Position numbers and translations under genes: made by a program. The notes under the pieces are model-generated. The model was given only the letters and a program-made list of their open reading frames with translations. It did no database searches and was not told the DNA's origin. Positions 23,500 to 35,445 of a DNA stretch of 64,000 nt are shown piece by piece. The DNA lies in contig CP089278.1 in assembly GCA_023920165.1 (NCBI GenBank), positions 2,666,001-2,730,000 on the forward strand. Direction: 5' to 3'. The stretch comes from Curvularia clavata (lineage: Eukaryota). Numbering within the stretch: the first letter of the stretch is position 1; each line of letters starts with the position of its first letter.

Positions 23500-25512
23500 C
23501 TAAAACCAATAACTCTCCCCCTTTCTACTGACCTCAAAAACGCATCCCAATCCCTTCCCCAGCTCCTGCATCTTGGACTCGCCTTGCTTCAACTCACTCA
23601 GAATAGTGTTTCCCACCAGCGGGCCATCGGTAAATGTGTCTTTAACGTGTATAATAACAACCTTGACGCCTTTCAGGGGCGAATCAAACGCTGCAGAAAG
23701 CATGGCCCGACTGTGTTCTGCCGAGACGGTTGAAAGATTCATAGCAGCCGGGGCAGAGGGGCGTGAGGTATCCGAGGGACCATGATCGGTGGCGTTGTTG
23801 GGCGGCGGTGGAAAAGCGGGTGTAATAGGCGTATGCGTCCCCGTTCCGCCTCTTGAAGTTGGGAATTCTGACGCCGTCTCGTCGTCTGTCTGGGGATTTG
23901 TTGTCGAGACAGGGGAATCGATGCCTTTGCCTACGCCCATGTAGTTCATCTTAGGTTTACGTGGATCGGGAGAGGTCAGGCTGTCGAGTTGCAAGGGCCC
24001 GGATGCTCGTTTGCGTTTCTTCTTCATGCGGAGTTCTTCTTTTTCGCGTTCGTGGGCTTTTTTCTTCTCGCGAACCATTTCGGCAAGCACGCTGAGTTCG
24101 TCGAGGAGATGGCGGGGCGCTAGGTGCCCGAAGAGAACGGCATCGGCTTGTGCGTTGGTGTAGGAGACTTCGATGAAGATGCCTTTTAGGATGCCGGCGG
24201 CGATTTTCGGGGCGGCTTCGCTCCAGATTTGTGTGGTGCGCGGGGAGAGGGATATAGAGTCTGGTTCTACGTCGCCAAAGATGAGGATCTCACGTTTCGG
24301 GGTCGTAGCAGTAGACTCTGCGCGGATGAAGTATGCTGTTGAATCAATGACACACTCATCTTGAGGTGATTGCTGTGGTTGTGGGACAGTCATGCTGCTG
24401 GTTCGTCGACCCAGTTCTATGCCTCCGCTTAATCCTGGTGTGCCTGGGGCACTATGTATTGCGCCTGATAAGCTCATTGAGCGGCCGTCAAGACTGTCCA
24501 GTTGCTGGCTTGATTGTTGGGCACCTCCTGTATCCAGGAGGTGGGCAGTCGAACCACGGTGCACATGGCCAGCTCCCTGCATGCAGTGCCCATGGCTCAC
24601 TTTGAACCCTTTCACACCGAGACCATCGCAGACCTCGATGTAACCTCTTGAGCTCCCTTCACCCAGTGCAATGTTTCCGCCCTCTGCAAGCCTCTGAAAG
24701 GTCACAAGGCCGACTCCACCATCTTCATCTGTGAGGTTAGGCCAGATAATGTTATTGAAGATATGGTTCTTAATAGCATTAACTGTGAAGGGCAGTGCTG
24801 CTAACCGTTTTGGTCGTGATGTATTATGGAAAGCTGCTGTGTTTATGACAAAGCCTGATAGATGGTCCAAGTGCGGATGTGTGATCAGATATGTCGAAAT
24901 ATGTTCTCTCACAACATGTAGCGCATTCGCCCTAGCACTCTGGTATGGAAATGGCAACCCTGCGAACGCGCCTTTCTTTAGCGTCGTAATAGTCCTCAGG
25001 ATTTCACCCTCAGATTCTGGCGTTTGCACCTCAGACTCGTCATCTGAGCGTATGACATCCATAGTACCTGGGGACGGGGAATCGCCATGGTCTGGAGTTC
25101 CACTGCCGTTGATGTTTCGAGAATTTGGTCGAGGTGGGTCAGGGTCGGAGACAAGTGGAAAGTCTTTCGCCAATAGATTGGTGATGGATGCAAGATGAGA
25201 GCCTGCGTCTACAGCAATGACCGAGTTCTTCGCCCAGTTTGTTGCTGTTGACCGTACGAGAAAACCTGTGACATTGTCTTCACTTGGTCCGCCGCCCGAG
25301 CCCTGTTGATGTCAGCCTTCATTCCTATAAAAGTTTGCGTAGGGTGAATATCGTCCTTCGCGACTCCAAACCCAAGGTTCCGCGGACTGCATCCATACAG
25401 CAAAGTTGCGCCACTATTCTCTGCATCCACTCACCAAACAAATCACCTGAATCGCAGGTTCATTAGAGTGTCCCGAAGACCTCCGAACCACCCTTCCATC
25501 ATCTTCTCTCAT
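23500..25512 (-). CDS. PDE1: Low-affinity class II 3',5'-cyclic nucleotide phosphodiesterase; exons 25512-25435, 25302-23500
   Basis: Spliced IQVICL|GSGGGPSEDNVTGFLVR. Motifs VDAGSHL, ITHPHLDHLSG (class II signature), IFNNIIWPNL, IFGDVEPDS and FGHLAP. Confidence 0.92.
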
Positions 25513-27055
25513 CCCCACAGTGATGACGTCTCTTTGAGTCCTCTGTAGCCTTCGCCCTCAACAAAGAAAGCCTAGTTGTGCCAATATCGAAGTTCGTATA
25601 GAATTTGTTAATCCCAAACTCTAGTCTCGGGCCACCCACACAGTTGACGCTTCGTATGGATACCAGCCCCAGCTCTTATCAATTCACCGGACTGCGTTTC
25701 AAACAAGGGACCAGAAACGATAACCTAAGATCCAAGTGCGGATGTCTCCGTTGTCGTGTTCTCGAACAAGTTCCCGATGGGTCCCGCTTGCGTATGCAAA
25801 TGCAGATAATCACGCCTTTCCCCCGCCTTCTTCTCAAAATCACAAGCAAAACCCGTGTCGAGGCGCAGCAAGGCGAAAAAAATACCTCCCCTTGAGGCCT
25901 GAACGACAGGGTCCTACCTAGTTATACAATTTGCCTCGAGGGTCAATCGTTGCACTGCGTTGGCCGATCCGGCAGAACAAATAGTCACCAATAGCTGATG
26001 CAGGGAGCCAGAATCTGACAACAGCTCTTACATACACACAGCCGCCTAACTGTAGTACACTCTCCAGAGAACCCGTCTGCACCGTCAAATTCTCGTCGTT
26101 GTAATTTTCTTGTTTCGGTCCAGAGGCCTTGCTCTTTTCTTTTTCTTAAGGAAATCCCAATCTAGGAAGGCAGATAAATCAATGAATCACTGGTCGAGAG
26201 GAGATTGCCCACTTGAAGCGTGGCAAGGGAGTTGGAATGACGACTGTGGTCTTGGAGTGCTTTTGAGCGGTGGTTTGGCGATTAGTGAGACCGAGACAGC
26301 CGTGTTTATCGCCGCGAAAAGGACCGTAGGCGCTGCTCAGGGCTGCGGTAAGGTCAACGCGTCAGCACCGGAAGAGGCAGCAGTCGCGGGCCTGGCGCGG
26401 GTCGTAGGCGCAGCCGCGATTGTTGGTAGCACAAAGTAAGGTTGAGGGACTTGGACTTGAGAGAGGACTCGAGAGCTGACCGGCATGAGAGTGCCTATGC
26501 GCCCGCCTACGCCGTTCTTGCCAGCCTTCTCTGGCGGTTGGCTCGGGTTGATCGATTCCCTGTTGGTTCCCAACCAATCACTCCCAGCCCCAAGTCAAGC
26601 CACATATGGTTGGCCCCGCCTTCTTCGAGCCTAGATCTGGGGTTGTGAACGCCTGAAGGAAGCTAGGCGAGCAATATGATACAAGGCAAATTTGGTACTT
26701 GCTTGATTCTGGTCTTCCATACTAGTACACGTACGCTATCGGCACTGATAAGGAGTTTGAGTGGCAAACTCGCCAAGGCCAACGGTCAGTTTTGCGGTCA
26801 TAGAATCAAAAGAGGTCTCTCAGTACATAAACATATCACGTGACGAATGCGTATTGTTTGTCTTGGGTATCATGAACTTTCTCGTGCAGCATTTTTTTCG
26901 AGCCTCTCTCGGGCCGTGGCAGTAGTGCTGATCTACCAAAGGCTGCCCAGCGTGATCTCATGAGTCCTCATCCGTTATCCCATCTATACCCATGCCAGGT
27001 CGTAAATCATCCGCATCATAAACAAAAGCAACACTCCACTAAGCTAGCGAAGCAT

Positions 27056-28593
27056 TTACTTGAAAACCTTACCGTCGGCCCACTCCATGGTCTTGCCGTT
27101 GACGGTGAGGGGCTTGTCCCATGCCCACTGGTCGTTGACGAACTCACGGTCCTCCTCCTTGGAGGGGTCGAGCTTGGTGAACTCGTAGCTCTCGAAGTCG
27201 GGGGCGACATCGAAAGCAGGGATGGCGTCCTGACCACGGACAATGAAAGCGCCGGTCACAACAGAGTCGTTGGACTGGCCGTAGACAGAGAGACAACCGA
27301 AGAGGTACTTGCGGCTGGCCTCAAGGCGGGCGAAGAAACCACCTATACGACGTTAGTATTCGCACTGCAACAAGACCAACGGATACACTTACCAATCAGG
27401 TTGGCAGTCATGAAGGTGAGGGTCAGCTCCTCGTTGTACTTGTAGTCAACCTTGTAGATGGAGTACTCCTCGAAGTTGACATTCTTCCAGAACCAGGGGA
27501 GGGCAGCCTCACGGGTCTCCTCGTTGGAGTAAGTGCGCTTCCAGTCATCAAGGGCAAAGGTGGCCTTGGGAAGGGACTCGAGAGGGTGCTTGGGCTTGGG
27601 CTTGGGGGCCTCCTCCTCCTCGGCGGGCTCCTCAGCCTTGGGCTTAGGGGCGGCCTTGGGCTGCTCCTTCTTCTTCTCGGTACCCTCCTTCTTGGGGGCG
27701 ACGTTCTTCAGGGCCTCAGTGATGAACTCAAACTTGGGGGCAACAGCCGAGTAGCTGGCCTGGTTGTAGACGGTCTCGTACCAACGGGTAACGTTGGGGT
27801 TGGAGTCACGCCACTGCTTGTCAAAGAAGTACTGGAAGCCACGGGCAAGGATGCTGGTGGCGAAGATGTCGGCAAGAGTCAGACGCTCACCAACGAGGTA
27901 GGTGTGTGTGAGAAGGTGCTCCTCAATGGCGTGGACGGCCTTGAGGGCGGCCTTCTGGGAGTCCTCGACGTTCTTCTTGTTGTAAGGGTCGCGGCCAAGG
28001 ATGGGGCGGAACCAGCCGCCGAGAGGAGGGAGGACCTCAGAGTTGGCAAAGGACATCCATCGGAGGATGGTGGCGTAGTCCTGCTTGGTCTTGCCGAGGA
28101 GGCTGGTCTTCTCGTTCTGGGAAGCAACTGCATGAGGTCAGCTCTGAGTCACCAAATAACAGATTGGTAGAACAGAAGAAGAATTGCAAGCGTAAATCAG
28201 AAGTAATAAGTTGTCAACAGTAGTTTTCAGACAGGGATAACTGAATGATAAACATTCCACATCATTTTGTGCAAAAAGGGGGGATGGGCAAGCGGGGTAG
28301 CAACTTACGGTAGACAGCGATGGCGATGCACTCAGAGAGGACAAAGCCGTCAGCGCCCTCGAAGGTAGGGACCTTGCCGAGCTTGTTGAGCTTCAGGTAC
28401 TCGGTAGAGACACCCTTGGCAGGCTCAGTCTCGACGAGCTCAATGTCGAGGCCGTTCTCCTTCGCAACGGCCAGGAGAGAGGTCGTGCGTGGGTTGCCCT
28501 GTCGAACCTGCGTCAGCGCTGTTTTTCGCGATGTATTGCGATGGCGCAGCTGATAAAACTTACCGAGTAGCTGTAGAGCTTTCCGAAAGACAT
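27056..28593 (-). CDS. TEF4: Translation elongation factor 1B gamma; exons 28593-28564, 28498-28309, 28127-27393, 27342-27056
   Basis: GST-like N-domain (GNPRT, NKLGKVPTFEG, LSECIAIAVY), Lys/Glu linker, and C-domain FALDDWKRTYSN...GFFARLEASRKYLFG...ADGKVFK. Strong codon bias. Confidence 0.96.
28192..28270 (-). ncRNA. snR38: Intronic box C/D snoRNA, snR38 homologue (guides 2'-O-methylation of LSU rRNA, yeast Gm2815)
   Basis: Lies in the 181-nt intron 28128-28308. C box ATGATGT (28265-28259). Guide CAGTTATCCCTGT is complementary to conserved LSU ACAGGGAUAACUG and is followed by D' CTGA (28230-28227). D box CTGA (28200-28197). Yeast snR38 lies in the TEF4 intron. Confidence 0.9.
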
Positions 28594-28827
28594 GATTGCA
28601 GAGTTCACCGTGGTTGAGCAAAACAATCAGTGAGAAGAAGCGGGTGTGGAAGAAAAAAAAGGCTGAATGAAATGAGCGCGGGGCTATGGCCATCGCAGAA
28701 ATCTATGTCTGTGCACAGACGGCAATTTTAGTTCGCCCGTCTTGGCATTTTGCACGCGGTTTGGTCGATCTTCAACCACTGTTTTCGAAAAGACTGCCGC
28801 GGTGCAACCCCATACCACAGAGGCGCA

Positions 28828-29996
28828 ATGGCTAGCAGAGAGCTCTCGCGGAGCTTGTGGAGGGCATTGGATGTCCTAGGAAGCCAACCACGACTTCAAT
28901 GTGAGCGGACTGTTCGACAGGCTCAATGGAGCATCCATCCTCAGATATGGCGATGCATTTCGACAACAGCTTCAAGGCGTGCGGAGGTGACAGAAGAAGA
29001 GCTACAGGAACCCTTTAAGGCGGCGCCTGAAATCAACTTTGAAGGAGTAGGGGGTGGGGAAGAAGGCGAAAAGAAAAACGTATTACGGACACTGCGAGTT
29101 GTCCCAGCATCGCCATCCTATTTCAGCGCAAAGCCCACGTTTACCGACGATTTCCTCTCGCTCTCTGCCCTTCTCCGCAAGGTCGCTACCTTACCTGTGA
29201 TACCGCCTGCAGAGGCGCCGAAGGTGGCATGGAAGACAATCGAACAATACCGCATCATGACCAACGAGCCGGTCAAGACGGCGCGATACCACAGGATGCT
29301 TCAAATACTGCGGAGACTGAACTGCATTCACCCCTCGCTCATGCCAGAGGAGGTTGTGCAGGCTATGCAGCGGTACAAAAAGCCAGTCCAGCCTGGAGAC
29401 ATCAAGCCAAAGCCTGGTATCATTGACGAGCTTGGACGTGCCAAAGGTGTTGGGCGAAGGAAGACGTCTTCTGCTGTTGCATGGCTGGTGGAAGGCGAGG
29501 GTGAGGTGCTGGTCAATGGCAAAACCCTCTCTCAGTTTTTCGGACGACTGCATCATCGGGAGAGCGCAGTATGGGCGCTCAAGGCTACCCAACGCCTTGA
29601 CAAGTACAACGTTTTCGCACTGGTGCAAGGCGGAGGTCTAACGGGCCAGGCGGAGGCTATGACTTTGGCAGTAGCAAAAGCATTGTTGGTTCATGAACCT
29701 GCGCTGAAGCCAGCATTACGAAGAGGTGAGATATTTTCCTTGTCTATTCAGGCGTCTCTGGCTATCCTTCGAGCATTGCCAATGCAAGCCTTGTGTCTCA
29801 CACCACCACATGATTATGCCCTAAACAAGCTCAACAAAGCACTCTTGCAAACCCAAAGCATGTTGTGTATGCGATTTCAAACACGATTGCTAATTGACTT
29901 TTAGCCGGTACCATAACACGCGATCCAAGGAAGGTGGAGAGGAAGAAGCCAGGTCATGTCAAAGCACGCAAGATGCCCACCTGGGTCAAGCGATGA
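28828..29996 (+). CDS. MRPS9: Mitochondrial ribosomal protein uS9m; exons 28828-29725, 29905-29996
   Basis: Motifs [22 protein letters not shown] and [26 protein letters not shown]. Arg-rich presequence-like N-terminus. Confidence 0.95.
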
Positions 29997-31742
29997 GCAC
30001 TGTCTCGTCTAGACATATTCTCCATGTCACTGGGTGGGGCCTTGATAGCATTGTCGAATACACAATCCGTCATTACTCACCACTATAAGCTATTAGTATG
30101 ATTTCAATGTTCAAAATACCCATGCGTAATTGCCGCCGCCTTCCGGACATGGAACGTCTGCTTTACCTCAGTGCGCATTGACGATAGCATTGTGTAAAAC
30201 ATTCTTGGCCCCAAGAGACGCAAGTGTAGCTTCAGCCAGGTCGCGCACCAGTCGGACTAGTACTATATGCTGAAGAGGACATGACCAGGCGCTTTGCGGG
30301 TGCATATCTTGTCACAATACGACCACCGGGAAATAGCATCCCTGCCACGTAATATGCTTCCAGTGCCGAGCTCGGAAGAATTCGAGGGTTGACATGCGCT
30401 CAACCGTGCTTCTCATACCTCGGTATGCAGGTCGAGTATCATCTTCTGCAGGCATGTTGAATCAGCCATGCCTACGTGCTGGCAGACTGTTTTTTTTTTT
30501 TTGCTTTCTCGGTCCGTTCCTGACAGCCTTTGACAACCGTCTCTTAGCAGGAATGCTTGAAGGGAAATACGTTGTTGCATGAATTATTCCGCGCTACTAT
30601 GCGCTACTATAGGTACGCCAAATTGCTCTATCTAGTTGGTGTGATAATGGTATTGATGACATGACTGTGTTGAAACGCAAGCAGACGTCGGATGCGCGCG
30701 AAGCGCGACGATGGATTCCGAAAAAAACAAAGGAGATTACAAAGGATAGCGCTTTGTAAGCATGCAAGCAAGGCGCATCATGTAGAAAAACTCGGTGCCA
30801 ATGGCATGTACGACGACGGCGAAGGTACAGAGACGTGGTAAGCACAAGCGAGGGTGACGACGATCCTGACTCGTCTGTTTGAACTCAACCATAAGGCGAC
30901 CAATTGGATGCTTGAGTATCCACTCGCATAGACGTCTCGGTTGCTCCGGGTCGCATCGTCGACAGAGTTGGAATGGTGGAGATGGCGGTCGGGGAGGGAG
31001 GGAGGGACAGGCAGGGCGAGATAGAGTTGGCAGGAAGCCTTAGCCGCCAACGACGCTCCAAACGGCAGCCGTTGAGATGGCGGCGATTCTCACCGCCGCC
31101 AAGGGACATGGGCGACGAATGCGTAGGCGGACCAAGTCGCACGGCTATTGGCAGCGGCTCTGTGTCGAGGATGAAGCGGTGAGACGAGTCAGAAGGGTTT
31201 TATTTGGAAAACATCGAAACCTTCTCGAAGCATGTTCAAGGCCGTAGTCCTTGATCATGTTAGGAGGTTGACGGGGCAGCTGGGGCCACTTGATGATCGC
31301 CAGCCGTACCGAAATGACGCACTCGCGTGGCCTGTGAGGACAGACGAGCGGACGATTGGACTGTTGTGGTTTCGTTAGGCGACAGGTGGTTGCGAGGGGC
31401 ATGCGGTCCATGGCTGGCAGACTTCCAGAAGCACGCAGGCTTGCGATGCTCACGTGGAGCGACCTTCATACCGTGACCTTTGCCATGGATCCGTGCGTGC
31501 GTGAGGCATGTGGCGCGACAAGCGGTGCATTCCATGTGTCATTTGCAGCGCTGGGTGGGCTTTGCTAGCTCCAAATAAACGGTGCAGCTCTGCCGGGCTG
31601 AGAGCAGACGTGACGGAGAGTTCGCGGCAAAAGCCACTGAGGTTTGTCGGCAGCATAGTCCGAAATGGCGCTAGCCCCACTCGAGCCCAGACCCAGGCGC
31701 GGTACTGCGTAAGATTTGAGGATGGCTGCGGTGCGGTGCGGC

Positions 31743-31768
31743 GCAGAGCAGAACAGAGCAGAGCAGAG
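31743..31768. repeat. Imperfect (GCAGA)5 pentanucleotide repeat
   Basis: Read directly. Confidence 0.65.
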
Positions 31769-32081
31769 GTGGTCAGATGGACGCGGTGAGGCCGGGGCGT
31801 GTGATGGCGAGGCAGAGGCCGGGGCGCGTGTTGGAGCGAGAGGACGTGTTTGACTGTGGCCGTGGACAGGATCGACGAGTGAGGCTAAGGAAGGGAGGAG
31901 CATCACAAGGCAGGATCGACCACAGGCGAGCGCACCCCTGCCCCTAGGCGGGAACTTGCAGCGTGGCAGAGATGAGAGGTTGGCGCATCGAGCGTGCAGC
32001 CCGAGATAGCCCCTAAGCCTTCAGTCTCCCTCTCGTCGCCCTCGCCGTCGCCCTCGCCCCGAGTGCGTAACCACGACGGCT

Positions 32082-32141
32082 CATGCCATGCCATGCTATG
32101 CCATGCCGTGCCATGCCATGCCATGCCGTGCCATGCCATGC
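32082..32141. repeat. Imperfect (CATGC)12 pentanucleotide tandem repeat
   Basis: catgccatgccatgctatgccatgccgtgcc... read directly. Confidence 0.85.
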
Positions 32142-32997
32142 GCGCTGCGTGCGCCGAGGCCGGCAAGGTTCGACGTTTGTTTGATGATTTGGCAGCACCG
32201 ACAAGCATGCAGCAGCGCTTCAGCAACCGACGCTCCATGGCAGTGTGAAACAAGAGCGCGACAGGGCTCGGAACGCAGCTGGGGACGGTTAGTCGTGCTT
32301 CTCACGGCTCTGGCCGACAAATGCTCTGCGCCGCGTTTGTCACTGTCGACGCCGCCAAGCCCAGCCTGGTGAAGACGAGTTCCTGGTCCAGCAACCTGCG
32401 ACATTTGGCCGCTGTGCGCCCGGACGACGGCATGGTGCTGCGACGACTCGAGGCTGCGAACATACGACCAAGCAAAAAGGACGAGCGGCGTGGCAGCGCG
32501 TGTTGCCTACCTTCTGCTGTCCGCGGCAGGCTCGTGCAGACAAAACATCCGGTGGTGCAGCGCAGCCAACACCCAACAAGGCGACGATGCCCTGCAGCAG
32601 CATGGGCTGCACTGGCGCGTGCAGATCCACCATGGGCGATCCGTAACCATGGCGGACAGGGTATGTGAGAGCCCCACCCTGACGAGATCGGAAATCGGAT
32701 GCTTCGCATGGTCGCTGACAGAGGACATGTTCTACTCGTCAGCACTCGCTCGCCCGGTCTGCAGCCACACCCACTGCTCAGGTACCCACCATTGTTTTCT
32801 CCTCTAGTTTCAACCCCCCCGGTCTAGGTATTTACAGCTGCTCGCCGGCGTGGCTTGGAGACTACTTCCTTTTTTGCTTCTCACGCGGCCCCCATGGGCT
32901 CCCAAAGTAGTGGTTTTGCATCATCTCCTCCCCTCCCCTCCTCCTCTACTGCTGCATACTACAGGCAGGCTAGCACTGCCGGCCAGCCCCCCCCACC

Positions 32998-33026
32998 ACG
33001 CCTACGCCTACGCCTACGCCTACGCC
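32998..33026. repeat. (ACGCCT)~5 hexanucleotide repeat
   Basis: Read directly. Confidence 0.8.
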
Positions 33027-34123
33027 CTCGCCAGGTCCGCGTCCGCTCGCCCATTTGGGACTGCCCGTGAAGCTGCTGTCGTGTGTGGTGACGCTCCACG
33101 CTCGCACGGGCGCCGCCAGTGATCCTCTCGACGCTGCTAATAAAGCCTCTTCTCTCCGTTCGCTGCCCGTGACCCTCAGAGACCGTCTGTCGCACTTTCA
33201 GTCTGGCCTCGGACCGAAGCCTTTCTTCGTCGCTGCATGTACTCTCTCTCGCCCAGTGCGCACCAGCCTCCTCTCTCAAAGACACTATTTCAGCGTCAAC
33301 AACGTCAGTGTGCGTTTAGGCCGTTAAGCTACCGCACCGCACCACGTTAAGTTGTTTGAGACGATCTCCTAGACCAGCCTCTGCAAACGTCCGACTCGTT
33401 GGAACACTGATCGGTTGGCAAGGACTACCCTTCAAACTTCTCACGCATAAGCCTTGCCTCACCACCAGGTCAGCCCAGACAGGGTCCCTCCACGCTCGTC
33501 TCCACCGGACAATTTCGCTGTCGGGCACTGGCGACGTCCTTAGTCGGTCCACTCGACGCACATATTTTCTCCAGCATTTCCGCTTCGGGACCAATCATCC
33601 CGGTCCCTGGAAGCATTGCATCGCCCGAATCCTCGTGCACCCAAAAGCGAGGATATCCCAGCCAGCGCCGAGGCTCTTGCGCGAGCTCCCTCAGCTGCAT
33701 CATTGGGCTCCATTGGCCGACTTGTCGACGTGTCGGGGCCGTGTTTATATCCAAACCATCTGGTCCTGGAGCCAACTGCCCTGCCAATTTTGGACGTCAT
33801 ACATCAACCAACCACTGGCCCATCTTCTCGCCCTCTCTTTCTGGTCCCTTTGCACGCCCACACCTACCCGATCTATACGCCTCTTCCATCCCGTCTGTCC
33901 CCTCTCTCGCCATTACCACTGCCATAGCCATAGCCATTGCCGCCGCCGCCGCCTGTGCCTCCCCGCCTCCCCACCCCACCTCTTGCGCCTGGTCATCCAC
34001 GACTTTTTTTGTCTTGCCCAAGCCTGCAAGCTGGCCAATTACGCGACGCCGCCAGTCTCGCCCTCGGCGTACCGGGCCCTTGACTCGCCCTTCAGTCTGC
34101 AGTTGAAAGGCGGACTGGTTGGG

Positions 34124-35445
34124 ATGGACAATGACCGCCGGCCACGGCATACTCCCTCAGGTTACGCGAGCCAGCAAGGCACGCTCCTTCCACCGCAGGC
34201 TTCCTACCCAGTGGTAAGCGCATCCGACCGCTTCAGGCAGCCGCCCTTGACAGCACCTGCCCCGCCTACCTCTCTCCCATCGTCCGCAAGCCGCGCCAGT
34301 CCCCAGGGTTACGGTTACGCTTACGGTGAAGGCGCACAGTTTGGCTCATCCATCCAGCCCTCGAACGTGTCGTATGGAACCCAAGACTATGGCGCTGCCG
34401 ACCAACAACCGCCCCAGCAACAGTCCCAACAGCAACAGACGCAACGTTCTTCGCAGCAATACACGCCCTACGGCCAGAACATCATGTACAGCGTGCCCAC
34501 CGCCCAGGGCTCCGCAACGGGGTCGTCGCAGTACGAGCCTGTGGAACAGTACCAGCAAAACAGGGACTCGGCTATACAGGTCCTTAGCACCGGCTTTGGC
34601 GTTGCACAACCGCAGTACTATGAAGGCGGGCCCACGAGCGCACCTGCTTCTGCTATTGCCTCCCAAAACGTCCCATCCCAGTACCCATCTCTGGCATATT
34701 CAGCCCCTCAAACTCAGGTTGGACGAGAAGCCCTTGCTCCCGCCTTCACTGCTGCCGGCATGACGGACCCCAACCAAGCCCCTTCCCAAGCGGGATACCC
34801 GCAGGCCAACTACAGCGAGTCGCAAGCCGCCAGCGGCAACGACTACGACGACTTTTACAGAACGTACCAAAGCGAACTCAAGAAGACGTTTGAGCACGTG
34901 CGTGACAGCCGGCTCAGTGAAGCCGGCGCAATGCTGTTTAGAATGTCCGACTGGCTGTTGCACTTTGCAGAGACTTTGGGTGAGTTCCTCCTCGTGTGCT
35001 AGATTTAGAGCGAGCAGCTGAATTGACTGTAGTAGGCCTAGTCCGCGACGACGAAACGTACTATCAGCAGCGGCTACAGCTGTGGGAAGAGTTCAACACG
35101 TGTTGGCTTTCGACCCTCCAGAAGCAAAAGGCCATGACGCAGGAAATGATCAGCACCGGCCAGCGCCCACAGGCTCCAAAGTCGCTTATTGATTATGACT
35201 TTTTGGAGAAGATGGGCACGCAGCTTGTCAAGAACTGTGACAGTATGGAAAAGCACGGTCTAGTTGACTACCAGATGGGTGTATGGGAGGAAGAGATCAT
35301 TGCCAGTCAGTATATCGCGTGTTGACATTCATGGTGTGCCTCCTGCTGACTTTGCGTAGTGTTGACATCTTGCATGGACCTCCTTGAAGAAGTTGGCGCA
35401 GGCTCCTCAGCACAAAGACCCACATCCACAGCACGCCGGCGCTGA
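34124..35445 (+). CDS. Hypothetical protein: Gln/Tyr/Pro-rich low-complexity N-terminus plus helical C-terminal domain; exons 34124-34979, 35036-35305, 35360-35445
   Basis: First in-frame ATG at 34124. Canonical introns join YQSELKKTF...WLLHFAETL|GLVRDD...LWEEFNTCWL...HGLVDYQMGVWEEEII. Confidence 0.82.

Noticed and set aside
27586..28170. 194-aa Leu/Gly-rich ORF antisense to eEF1B-gamma
   Set aside because: Same codon-bias shadow effect.
28750..28827. N-terminal extension of MRPS9 in the ORF track
   Set aside because: TTG start inside the shared promoter. The ATG at 28828 already gives a presequence-like N-terminus.
32460..32470. ACATACGACCA matching the start of fungal 5S rRNA
   Set aside because: Similarity stops after 11 nt.
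33356..35002. 548-aa ORF taken at face value
   Set aside because: Starts at TTG and runs into an intron. The first ATG is 34124. The upstream part is kept only as a hypothesis in findings.
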